The notes beneath the pieces are model-generated. The model was not told the origin of the DNA, did no database searches, and saw only the letters and a program-made list of their open reading frames with translations. Below, one piece after another: positions 26,075 through 35,127 of a DNA stretch of 64,000 nt. Made by a program: the position numbers and the translations under genes. Numbering within the stretch: the stretch's first letter is position 1; every line of letters begins with the position of its first letter. The DNA is from Vicinamibacteraceae bacterium (GTDB lineage Bacteria > Acidobacteriota > Thermoanaerobaculia > Multivoradales > Multivoraceae), in contig JAAXHG010000151.1 in assembly GCA_012270995.1 (NCBI GenBank), positions 279 to 64,278 on the forward strand. Reading direction: 5' to 3'.

Positions 26075-26983
26075 CTAGTCGTCGGCCAGAAAGGCCCGGG
26101 TCACCGCGACGAACTCGTCGAGCTGGTCGTGATGAACCCAGTGGCCGGCGCCGTCGAAGTTTCGGAGGTCGGCGTTCCGGAAGGCTCCGATCCGGCCGTC
26201 CTCGACCGGGTCGCTGGCCCAGCTCTCCGTGCCTCGCACCAGCAGGGTGGGGCAGGTGATCCGGCCCCAGATGTTGCGGAGTTCCTCTTCGGCTGCCTGA
26301 TACGGAGGAATCGCGCGTACGTAGTTGTCGAACTTCCAGGAGTAGGTGCCGTCTTCATTGCGCGCCATGCCGTTGACCGTGAGATGGCGCGCCTGCTCCG
26401 CGCTGAGGAAGCTGTTGACCTCCTGCATCCGCTCGGCCGCGGCGTCGAGCGACGGATAACGTCGCGGCCGCCGTCCGGCGAGTTTCTGCATGTAGCCGAT
26501 CCAGTCCCTCATCCGCTCGTCGACCGTCCGGGAACGCCGTTCGGCAAGGACCTTCGGCGCCGGGCCCATGCCTTCGATCGCAACCAGCTTGTGGACGTTG
26601 TCCGGGTACAGGCCGGTGTAGTGCAGGGCGATGTTGGCGCCCATCGAGTGGGCGACGATCCGGACCGGAAAACGGTCGAGCGCCTCGAGGAGCTGCGCGA
26701 TGTCGAGGACGAAGTCGGTGATCGCGTACATGCCGCCGATCGCCCACTCGCTGTCGCCATGACCGCGCAGGTCCGGCGCCACGATGTGGTAGTCGCCTCG
26801 CAGCGCGTTCGCCACCCAGTCCCAGTTGTGGGCGTGGTCGCGGCCGCCGTGGATCAGCACCAGCGGCGGTTTGTCCTCGTTGCCCCAGTTCAGGTAGTGG
26901 AGCCGCAGTCGCTGCGAGACGTAGAACTGCGAAGACGGGCCGACGATGTCCCGAAAGGGACTGTTTCTGAAGGCGGTGCTCAC
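26075..26983 (-). CDS. Alpha/beta hydrolase
   Basis: LIHGG, DLRGHGDS, HSMG nucleophile elbow, GHWVH. Confidence 0.9.
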   Translation of the reverse strand: MSTAFRNSPFRDIVGPSSQFYVSQRLRLHYLNWGNEDKPPLVLIHGGRDHAHNWDWVANALRGDYHIVAPDLRGHGDSEWAIGGMYAITDFVLDIAQLLEALDRFPVRIVAHSMGANIALHYTGLYPDNVHKLVAIEGMGPAPKVLAERRSRTVDERMRDWIGYMQKLAGRRPRRYPSLDAAAERMQEVNSFLSAEQARHLTVNGMARNEDGTYSWKFDNYVRAIPPYQAAEEELRNIWGRITCPTLLVRGTESWASDPVEDGRIGAFRNADLRNFDGAGHWVHHDQLDEFVAVTRAFLADD

Positions 26984-27068
26984 GGGTTGACGTCGGGGCT
27001 GGGAGCGGGGGTTGCTGCGATCATGAGGTGCGCGCGAGCGCTCTCCTGTTGTTGGGAATGGAGGTTTG

Positions 27069-27683
27069 TCATTGGCCGCTGGCGTCGGGGCGTGGAGGGT
27101 TGATCATGATGTGCGCTCCCGCGGCGCCGGGGAACATCAGCCAGGGCGCGCCGGGCGCCGGGCGGGTCGTCAGACCGGTCGATTCGGGCGTCGCGTACGG
27201 CGTGTAGATCACCCAGCGCAGGTAGGCGTCGTTCACCTCGCCGGTCGCGGCGTCGAATCCGCTGCCGTGGAGCACGTACAGGGTGCGCGGTTCCCGCGGC
27301 ATGGGCAGCCTGCCCTCGGCGATCTCCCGTTCGCGAATGTCGATCCGTTCCTGGCCTTCGATGCCCTGGGCGAGCAGTTCGCGGCCGCGCGCCATGAAGG
27401 GCTCGAGCGACTCGTGGTAGCAGGCGACGCTCCACTGCGCGTCGCCCGGTCGGGCAGCCAGGCAGACGAGGTCGTTGCTGCCGGCGCGGAGCTCGACCAC
27501 CTTGCCGTCGGCGGTCCAGCCGAGCACGCGTGCGCCGTGCCGCCGGTCCTCCGGCGCCGCCTGGATGGCGGCGGCAAGCTGCGCCCCGGCGTCGGCCGGT
27601 TCGGCGGCCCAGGAGGCTGCGGCCAGGCAACCCAACGCCAGCACCGCGATCGTTGCGCTCAAGCCCCTCGTCCTGACCTTCAC
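27069..27683 (-). CDS. Exported hypothetical protein
   Basis: AGGAGG RBS + GTG; signal peptide; PWLMFPG..GAHIMI. Confidence 0.7.
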   Translation of the reverse strand: MKVRTRGLSATIAVLALGCLAAASWAAEPADAGAQLAAAIQAAPEDRRHGARVLGWTADGKVVELRAGSNDLVCLAARPGDAQWSVACYHESLEPFMARGRELLAQGIEGQERIDIREREIAEGRLPMPREPRTLYVLHGSGFDAATGEVNDAYLRWVIYTPYATPESTGLTTRPAPGAPWLMFPGAAGAHIMINPPRPDASGQ

Positions 27684-27801
27684 CCTGTACCTCCTGTTCC
27701 TGCTCGCATCGCGCGAGCGAGGGACAGCGTATCGCGGCCGAGTTGCCCCGTCCGCTAACCTTCGCCCGTTTCGTGGTCCAGGAACTCCCGGAGTAACGCA
27801 C

Positions 27802-28536
27802 ATGATCGATCTGCACTACTGGCCGACGCCGAACGGCAAGAAGGTCACGATCCTCCTGGAAGAGTGCGGCTTGCCCTACCGCATCGTGCCCTGCCGGATC
27901 GGCTTCGGCGACCAGTTCAAGGAGGAGTTCCTGGCCATCTCCCCGAACAACCGGATGCCGGCGATGGTCGACCACGAGCCGGCCGACGGCGGCGAGCCGA
28001 TCGCACTCTTCGAGTCGGGCGCGATCATGATGTACATCGCCGAGAAGGCGGGACAGTTCTATCCCCGGGATCTGCGTGCGCGTCACGAGGTGAACCAGTG
28101 GCTCATCTGGCAGATGGCGAATCAGGGGCCGAAGTCGGGCGAGTGCGGCCACTTCCGTCGCCTGCGCGACACGGAGGGCGACCAGAGTTACGCCGTGCGC
28201 CGCTTCACCGACGAGGTGAACCGGCTCTACGGCGTGATGAACAACCGGCTCTACGACCGGCGCTTTCTCATCGGCGACGAGTACACGATCGCCGACATGA
28301 TCTGCTATCCGTGGACGATTCGCTGGAAGGACCAGCAGCAGGACATCGAGGAGTTCCCATACTTCAAGCGGTGGTTCGAAGAGGTCGGCGCCCGTCCGGC
28401 GGTCCAGCGCGGCATGGACGTCTCCAGCGGCGAAGCGATCGACTACGCCAACCTCTCCGACGAAGAACGCGAACGCCTGAAGAAACTGCTCTACAACCAG
28501 CGCGCCCGGCCGGCGCCGGTGGGCGGGCTGCCGTAG
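27802..28536 (+). CDS. Glutathione S-transferase (YfcG/YghU-like)
   Basis: WPTPNGKK, SPNNRMP, FESGAI, YTIAD. Confidence 0.92.
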   Translation: MIDLHYWPTPNGKKVTILLEECGLPYRIVPCRIGFGDQFKEEFLAISPNNRMPAMVDHEPADGGEPIALFESGAIMMYIAEKAGQFYPRDLRARHEVNQWLIWQMANQGPKSGECGHFRRLRDTEGDQSYAVRRFTDEVNRLYGVMNNRLYDRRFLIGDEYTIADMICYPWTIRWKDQQQDIEEFPYFKRWFEEVGARPAVQRGMDVSSGEAIDYANLSDEERERLKKLLYNQRARPAPVGGLP

Positions 28537-28573
28537 CGGCGGGGCGGCGGCGTCGGACGCACCCGCCCGTCTT

Positions 28574-28735
28574 TGGGGCAGGAGGGGTCAGCTCCCAGCT
28601 GACGCTCGCGCTCTGGGGGATATGGAAGTGGTTGCGCTCGCTCCGCTTCACTCGCTTCGGTTGGGCGTCGGCTGGTGGAGTGTCGTCGGGCGTCGCTCGT
28701 TCAGAGGCACCTGGGAGCTGACCCCTCCTGCCCCA
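28574..28735. mobile_element. MITE/REPIN-like element with 25-bp perfect terminal inverted repeats
   Basis: tggggcaggaggggtcagctcccag (28574-28598) / ctgggagctgacccctcctgcccca (28711-28735). Confidence 0.65.
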
Positions 28736-28821
28736 GACAGGCTGGACAGTGTCGTGTGGGCACAGCGCACCAAACTGGGCGCGCCGGCGTCCTCGCCGGC
28801 CTTTGAGGATCGCGCGAGGCG

Positions 28822-29742
28822 CTAGCCTCGCTCCTTTGCGAATGCGACTGTGCTGCGCAGCTCTTCGTAGGAACCGTGACCCGTGGCCGGCTCTACGATG
28901 CGCATCCATTCCTGGTTCCAGACGTGGATGACCTCCGGTGGCACCTCCCGGGTGCCTTCTCCCGACTTGCCCTTGCGGACCTTGGAGGTTGTGCCGGAGG
29001 CGGGGAGGCCGCAGGCGGCGTTGCGGGCGTTGCGGACGAGGTGGTCGTCGAACTTCGAGCCGTGTTCACGCATGAAGTCGATCGATGCCTGGCGGGTGGC
29101 GATCTCGATGCTGGGGTGCTTGGGGTCGAGGCCGAGGAAGGCGGCGACGCGGGCGGTGGCGGCGGGGGGGTCGGCGACGATGTCCTCGAAGCAGAGCCAG
29201 AGGGTGTCCGGGTCGAGACGCTTCGGCCACCAGGACACGAGGTGTTCCCAGTAGCGGCCGCTGCGGGTGCCGTGGAAGACGAAATCGAGGGCGAAGTCGC
29301 GGATCGAGACCGTGCCGGGCTCGAAGACCCAGCCGCTGAAGAAGTGGAAGAAGGAGACGAGTGAATCGACCGGGTCGCGGACGACGAAGATGTTGCGCCC
29401 GTCCTGCGGGGCCAGGTCCCGGCTCAGGTGAGTCTTGAAGGCGCGCGGTTCGGCGCGCTGGGGCGCGTCGAGGTCGAGGCCGACGTCGTGGGCGACTTCG
29501 ATCCAGGGGACGACTTCCGTGATCTCGTCGAAGTCCATGTCGCCGCCGGTGCGGAGCCCGTGGACGATCTGCTGCATCAGGGTCGTGCCCGCCTTGGGGT
29601 AGGTGGCAATGAGGATGTCGGTGGGCCGCAGACGGAAGTTGCGTCCCCTTTCGACTCCCTCGCGTGTGGTGAAGCCGGCCATGCGCCGCGTGATGCCGTC
29701 GACGGTTGCAGCCCGGCGCGGCTCCTGTGCGGCGACGCTCAC
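28822..29742 (-). CDS. PAPS-dependent sulfotransferase (Sulfotransfer_1)
   Basis: ATYPKAGTT 5'-PSB, KTHL, RDPVDSLVS 3'-PB, RKG. Confidence 0.9.
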   Translation of the reverse strand: MSVAAQEPRRAATVDGITRRMAGFTTREGVERGRNFRLRPTDILIATYPKAGTTLMQQIVHGLRTGGDMDFDEITEVVPWIEVAHDVGLDLDAPQRAEPRAFKTHLSRDLAPQDGRNIFVVRDPVDSLVSFFHFFSGWVFEPGTVSIRDFALDFVFHGTRSGRYWEHLVSWWPKRLDPDTLWLCFEDIVADPPAATARVAAFLGLDPKHPSIEIATRQASIDFMREHGSKFDDHLVRNARNAACGLPASGTTSKVRKGKSGEGTREVPPEVIHVWNQEWMRIVEPATGHGSYEELRSTVAFAKERG

Positions 29743-30545
29743 TCGAGCACCTCGGCCGACAGGTCGACGCCGACCGGGCAGTGGTCCGAGCCGGTGACGT
29801 TGGTCAGGATGAAGGCCCGTTCGACGAAGCGCATCGCGGCCGCCGAGGCGAGCACCAGGTCGATCCGCCAGCCGACGTTCCGCTCGCGCGCGCCATATGC
29901 CTGCCGCCACCAGCTGTAGCGCACCGTGTCCGAGTGCAGGCTGCGGAAGGTGTCGATCCAGCCGGCGTCGAGCCAGCGCTGGAGTTCCTCGCATTCTTCG
30001 GGCAGGAACCCGGAGTTCCTGCGGTTCTGTTTCGGTCGGGCCAGATCGATCGGCTGCGGCGCCGTGTTGAAGTCGCCCATGACGAGGACGCGATAGCCGG
30101 CTTCGCGCGCCCGGTCGACCTGGTCGAACAGGGCGCGGTAGAAGTCCAGCTTGTAGGGCACGCGGCTGTTGTCGCGCTTGCTGCCGCTGCCCTTGGGGAA
30201 GTAGACGTTGGCGACCAGCAGGTTGCCGAACAGGGCCAGTTGCAGGCGCCCCTCGGCGTCGAAGCGATGTTCCCCGAGCGACGTGCGGACCCAGGCCGGC
30301 TTGAGGCGGGAGTAGAGGCCGACGCCGGAGTAGCCGGGCCGCTCGGCGCTCGAGAAGGAGGTGTGCCAGCGCGTGGGCCGGCGCAGTTCCGGCGCCAGTT
30401 GTTCCGCACGGGCCTTGGTCTCCTGCAGCCCGACGATCTGCGCGCGGCTCTTTCCCAGCCACTCGAGGAAGCCCTTGCGCCCGGCGGCGCGCAGGCCGTT
30501 CACGTTCCAGGAGACGACGCGGATACGTCGCCGGCGGGGACTCAG
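29739..30545 (-). CDS. xth: Exodeoxyribonuclease III (start codon uncertain)
   Basis: SWNVNGLRA, LQETK, GYSGV, GDFN, GWRID, SDHCP. Confidence 0.9.
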   Translation of the reverse strand: MSPRRRRIRVVSWNVNGLRAAGRKGFLEWLGKSRAQIVGLQETKARAEQLAPELRRPTRWHTSFSSAERPGYSGVGLYSRLKPAWVRTSLGEHRFDAEGRLQLALFGNLLVANVYFPKGSGSKRDNSRVPYKLDFYRALFDQVDRAREAGYRVLVMGDFNTAPQPIDLARPKQNRRNSGFLPEECEELQRWLDAGWIDTFRSLHSDTVRYSWWRQAYGARERNVGWRIDLVLASAAAMRFVERAFILTNVTGSDHCPVGVDLSAEVLE

Positions 30546-31183
30546 ATCCGGCTCCGTTTCGCCGAACCGACGTCGTACGACATGATCATCATGTCGCGGG
30601 TACGCCCGGAGCGGTCGATCACCCAGTCCGTCAGCAGGGCCTCGGGTGAGAAGCCGAGTTGTTCGAAGAGCCGGCGGGCGCCGATCTGTTCGCGCGTCAT
30701 CTGGGCCACGAGCTTGAGCAGACGGAGGTCGTGCGCGAGGTCGAACGCGCGCCGGGTCAGGACGCGGCCGAGGCCGGAGCGGCGATGATCCTCGGCGACG
30801 AGTACGCGGATCTCGCCCAGGTGGCTCATCCACTGGGCGCCGCGGAGGTTCAGGCTGCCGTAGCCGACCAGTACATCGTTGCAGTGGGCGAGCGTGGTGA
30901 ACCGGCTTCCCGAAACCGCGTCGCGGATCCAGTCCTCGACGATCGCCGGATCGGTGAGATCGGAGCGCAGGAACTGGAGATCGATCTCGGGCAGCGCCCG
31001 CGCGAGCGCCACGACGTCGTCGCGGTCGTCCGACCTCAGGCGGCGCAGGTCGTACACGCGGTTGCCGCACGTGACCCGATCGACCGAGTCCGTGTTCTCG
31101 TGGCGAGGCGCTGGATCAGCGGCGCGCCGGCCCGGTCCCGGTTGCGGGACCGCGGCAGTCAGGGCACTGCGGAGTACGGACAT
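30542..31183 (-). CDS. GNAT family N-acetyltransferase
   Basis: V.EDHRRSGLGR motif A; FEQLGF..E. Confidence 0.8.
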   Translation of the reverse strand: MSVLRSALTAAVPQPGPGRRAADPAPRHENTDSVDRVTCGNRVYDLRRLRSDDRDDVVALARALPEIDLQFLRSDLTDPAIVEDWIRDAVSGSRFTTLAHCNDVLVGYGSLNLRGAQWMSHLGEIRVLVAEDHRRSGLGRVLTRRAFDLAHDLRLLKLVAQMTREQIGARRLFEQLGFSPEALLTDWVIDRSGRTRDMMIMSYDVGSAKRSRI

Positions 31184-31315
31184 GTGGGAAGCCAACGATG
31201 CCGGCCCGGCCGGCCGATCGTTCAACGCTAGCACCAGCCGCCGGCTTCGGGCTACAACCTGAGTCGGGCGGTCGGGTATCGTCGCGCGCGAACCGAATCA
31301 GGGAGGTATCTCGAT

Positions 31316-32386
31316 ATGGCTCCGATCCCGAAGGGCGGTACGGTCGCGGTCACGGGCAGCGCCGGCTTCGTCGGCGGCTGGACGGTCCGGCTGCTGCTGG
31401 ACAAGGGCTACCGGGTGCGCGCCTGCGTGCGCGACGCGAACGACCCGGAGAAGACGACCTTCCTGCGGGAGATGCCGGGCCATGCCTCGGGCCGCCTCAC
31501 GATCCACTCGGCGAACCTGGACGAGGCCGGCTGCTTCGACGACATCTTCGCCGGCTGCCACGGCGTCGCCCATGTGGCGCACGTCAGCGACTACAACGAC
31601 TTCGACTACGTGAAGCACGTCTGCGACCACATGGTGGAGAGCATCGAGAAGTCGGGTTCGGTGACCCGCGTGGTCGTCACTTCGAGCATCGCCGCCGTCA
31701 TCATGGAGGCGGACATCTACGAGTTCGTCCGCCGGCCCGTCCTGTACGAGGACCGCTATCCGGACGAGTCGAACCCGAAGCGGACGCCGGAGCGTGGCCA
31801 CGGTTACTCGATGAGCAAGATCTACGCTCAGCAGGCGTTCACCGAGGCTGCGGAGAAGAGTGGCCGCTGGGACGCGATCACCTGCTGCCCGGGCGACAAC
31901 GTGGGGCCCATCCTGTCGGCGCACCAGAAGGAGAAGGGGCCCTGGCAGCACAACATCGAGCTGATGCTGCTGGGCGCGTGCGAGCAGACCCAGGCCTACC
32001 GGCCCTGGATGACGGTCGACGTGCGTGACGACGCCGAGTGCCACATCCGGCTGCTCGAGAGCGTCAACGTCAAGAATGGTGAGCGCTTCATCGCCTGGTC
32101 GGCGGACGCCGTGCCGGTGGAGGAGATCAACGCCGGCATCGACCGGCTGCTGCCGGAACTCCGCCACGACACGCCGGCGGTCACCGAAATCCACCCCGAA
32201 CACATACAGAAGCGCGAAAAGGAACTGCGAGGCATCTGGGCCGGCGTCGAGCTGCGCAACGACCGGATGCGGGCCGCGACGGGCATCACGTTCCGTCCCT
32301 TCGACGAGTCCCTGCGCGACTGCGTGGAGTCCCTGATCACCGTGGCCGGGGTGGAGCCGAAGATGCGACCGGAAGAGGATCCGTGA
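31316..32386 (+). CDS. NAD-dependent epimerase/dehydratase (DFR-like extended SDR)
   Basis: VTGSAGFVG, VTSS, YSMSK. Confidence 0.88.
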   Translation: MAPIPKGGTVAVTGSAGFVGGWTVRLLLDKGYRVRACVRDANDPEKTTFLREMPGHASGRLTIHSANLDEAGCFDDIFAGCHGVAHVAHVSDYNDFDYVKHVCDHMVESIEKSGSVTRVVVTSSIAAVIMEADIYEFVRRPVLYEDRYPDESNPKRTPERGHGYSMSKIYAQQAFTEAAEKSGRWDAITCCPGDNVGPILSAHQKEKGPWQHNIELMLLGACEQTQAYRPWMTVDVRDDAECHIRLLESVNVKNGERFIAWSADAVPVEEINAGIDRLLPELRHDTPAVTEIHPEHIQKREKELRGIWAGVELRNDRMRAATGITFRPFDESLRDCVESLITVAGVEPKMRPEEDP

Positions 32387-32646
32387 TGGCGACGCGCGCC
32401 GGCTGACCCGAAGAGCGGCGTGGCGGACGAGGCCGGAGGCAGGCGACGGATAGTCAACCGGCGCCGGTCGCCATGATCGCGGAAGATGCTCCCGTCGGCG
32501 TCAGCGCCGGTCCGCCACCCTTGGCCCCGTCCGCTTTGCCGCGCCATGCGGCGGGCGGATTCGTTCGCGGGTCGCCGTCGCCTTCGCGTTGCACGCGGCG
32601 TCACTGGAGGGCGGGATTCTCGCAAGAGTCGGTTAGTGTTCGCGAC

Positions 32647-33873
32647 GTGGCGGGAGCATCGCCGGAAGGCCACGGAAGGAACCCGACAAGACCGGGAACG
32701 AAGGAGACGCCGCCGTCTCTCGAGTTGTTCACGGGAGCGGGTGGACTCGCGCTCGGTACGCGGGCGGCGGGCTTCAGGCACGTCGCCCTTCTCGATTGGA
32801 ACAGCGACGCGTGCAGGACTCTCCGGGAGAACGTCAGGCATGGCGTCCTGCCCGGTGTCGCGGACTGGAACGTCGTCGAGGGTGACGTGCGCGACTGCGA
32901 CTACGCGTCCTTCGGCTCGGTCCAACTGGTGGCGGGCGGCCCGCCATGCCAGCCTTTCAGCATCGGCGGCAAGCACCGAGGCATGGACGACGGAAGGGAC
33001 ATGATTCCCGAGTTCATTCGCGCCATACGCGAGGTCAAGCCGGCCGCGTTCCTGTTCGAGAACGTCAAGGGGCTGACTCGCGCGGCCTTCAAGAACTACC
33101 TCTCGTACATCGAATTGCGTCTCCGACATCCCGAAGTTCTCTCGCGACGGGGCGACGCCTGGGTGGATCACCTGGCGCGGCTCGAGGAGGTCCACACTCG
33201 AGGAAGTCGGGAAGGACTTCACTACCGAATCGTGCGTCGGCTGCTCAACGCCGCGGACTACGGCGTGCCGCAGACGCGAGAACGCGTGTTCATCGTCGGC
33301 ATTCGAGGCGATCTCGACACGGAATGGCGTTTTCCTGAACCGACTCACTCACGGGAGAGGCTTCACTACGACCAGTGGGTTTCGGGTGAGTACTGGGAAG
33401 AGCACGATCTCGATAGACCCGAGTTGCCGGAGCGACTGGCCGGCGCCGTAAGTCGTCTTCCGACCATGTTCCCGCCGGTCCGGAAGCCCTGGGCAACGCT
33501 CCGCGACTCCATATCGGACCTTCCCGAACCCAGGCCGTGCCGCGATCGGCCGGACGCCCTGTTCCACAGGCTTCAGCCGGGGGCACGCGCGTATCCCGGA
33601 CACACGGGAAGTCCGCTCGATCTGCCGGCCAAGACGCTCAAGGCGGGCGTGCATGGAGTGCCCGGTGGGGAGAACATGATCGCGTTCTCCGATGGGGCCG
33701 TGCGTTATCTGACCGTGAGGGAGGCGGCAAGGGTACAGACCTTTCCCGACGCTTGGCGCTTTACGGGAAGCTGGACGGAGACGATGAGACAACTGGGCAA
33801 CGCCGTGCCCGTGAGACTCGCCGCCACCCTGGCGGCGAGCATCGCGGCGAGCCTGGTCCCCGAGGATGCCTGA
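32647..33873 (+). CDS. DNA (cytosine-5) methyltransferase (start uncertain)
   Basis: ELFTGAGG, GGPPCQPFS, ENV, QTRER, GNAVP. Confidence 0.92.
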   Translation: MAGASPEGHGRNPTRPGTKETPPSLELFTGAGGLALGTRAAGFRHVALLDWNSDACRTLRENVRHGVLPGVADWNVVEGDVRDCDYASFGSVQLVAGGPPCQPFSIGGKHRGMDDGRDMIPEFIRAIREVKPAAFLFENVKGLTRAAFKNYLSYIELRLRHPEVLSRRGDAWVDHLARLEEVHTRGSREGLHYRIVRRLLNAADYGVPQTRERVFIVGIRGDLDTEWRFPEPTHSRERLHYDQWVSGEYWEEHDLDRPELPERLAGAVSRLPTMFPPVRKPWATLRDSISDLPEPRPCRDRPDALFHRLQPGARAYPGHTGSPLDLPAKTLKAGVHGVPGGENMIAFSDGAVRYLTVREAARVQTFPDAWRFTGSWTETMRQLGNAVPVRLAATLAASIAASLVPEDA

Positions 33874-34470
33874 GCCGAAGCCGTACGATCCGCTCGATTA
33901 CGCCAACCTCACGATCAACCTGTCCGGGAGCTCATGGGGCGGACGCCCGGGAGCTTGCCCCTTGCGGAGCGGTTTGGCGGTTCCGGCGTCTACGCGCTGT
34001 TCTACGACGGGGACTACGAGCCCTACGCGCCCCTCTGCTCTTCCGACGCAACCCATCCCATCTACGTGGGCAAGGCCGTGCCTCCGGGCGCGAGAAAGGG
34101 AGCGGTCGCGCCGGATGAACTCGCTCCAGCGTTACACGGCCGCATACAGGAACACGCGAACTCCCTCGAGGCCGCCGGCAATCTCAGCGTAGCCGACTTC
34201 GCGTGTCGCTACCTGGTCGTTGTCCCGCTCTGGATCACGATGGCGGAGCGGTTTCTGATCGAGCGCTACCAGCCTTGCTGGAACGTCTGCATCGAAGGGT
34301 TCGGTCTCCACGATCCAGGCAAGGGGAGGCTCGGGGCACTACGCCCCTGGTGGGACACCCTTCATCCTGGGAGGCCGTGGGCAGCCAGGCTTCAGCCACG
34401 CGACCAGGCCGAAGCGAGAGCGCGTCTTCGCGCCTTCACCGCGCCCGGGACTACTCCAGGAACGCCTTGA
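33866..34470 (+). pseudogene. Eco29kI-family GIY-YIG restriction endonuclease, frameshifted near 33922
   Basis: PYDPLDY.NL, GVYALFY...IYVGKAVP.G.RKG, GFGLHDPGKGR, WDTLHPGRPWA; split over two frames. Confidence 0.85.
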
Positions 34471-34876
34471 CGGTGCTCTCGAGGCGATCAAGGTCCTTGG
34501 TCTCGCACTCCCAGATGACGAGAACCCTCCAGCCCATTTCCCGGAGCGCTGCTTGATTCACCCGATCGCGCCGCGCGTTGCCGTCCAGCTTGTTCCTCCA
34601 GAAGTCGCGGCGCTCCGGTGACTTCGGCAGGCGGTTCCGCGAGCATCCTTCGTGGCGATGCCAGAAGCACCCATGGACAAAGACGGCCTTGCGGCGTGAA
34701 GGGAACACAAGGTCCGGTCGGCCGGGAAGGTCGTTCGCGTGAAGGCGGTAACGGTACCCCAGGCCGTGGATGAGCCGCCGAACCCGGAGCTCGGGCTTTG
34801 TGTCCCTGGATCGGACCCGGCGCATTCGCTCGCTTCGCTCGCGGGCGGTAAGGGTATCGAGGCTGCTTTGTTCCAC
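34451..34876 (-). CDS. vsr: Very short patch repair endonuclease
   Basis: RSERMRRVRSRDTKPEL, LPGRPD, FVHGCFWH, WECE. Confidence 0.92.
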   Translation of the reverse strand: MEQSSLDTLTARERSERMRRVRSRDTKPELRVRRLIHGLGYRYRLHANDLPGRPDLVFPSRRKAVFVHGCFWHRHEGCSRNRLPKSPERRDFWRNKLDGNARRDRVNQAALREMGWRVLVIWECETKDLDRLESTVKAFLE

Positions 34877-34913
34877 TTGGGGCAGGCCAACTATAGAGAA
34901 ACGGGGGTTTCCT

Positions 34914-35074
34914 GGCGGCGCTTCGGCGCAGTACGGCTCGGACGTGATCGCGGGGATCATGAACTTCCTGCTCAAGGAGCGCGGTCCGGCGGTTCGTTCG
35001 AGGTACTGATCGGCCTGTACGACGCGGTCGACGGCGAGTCCGTCACCGTTGCCGGCAACGCCGGCCTGCCCTAA
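34914..35074 (+). pseudogene. TonB-dependent receptor fragment (plug/barrel junction)
   Basis: GASAQYGSDVIAGIMNFLLK, then frameshift to GGSFEV..GLYD..DGESVTVAGNAGLP. Confidence 0.7.
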
Positions 35075-35127
35075 CCGGAACACCCGGGATGCGGTCTACA
35101 GCGGCGGCGGGTAAGTCCGTTCCGCGT

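Noticed and set aside
28822-31070. Long N-terminal extensions or fusion of sulfotransferase and xth shown in the ORF track
   Set aside because: Extensions run through neighbouring genes in other frames; stop/start overlaps define separate genes
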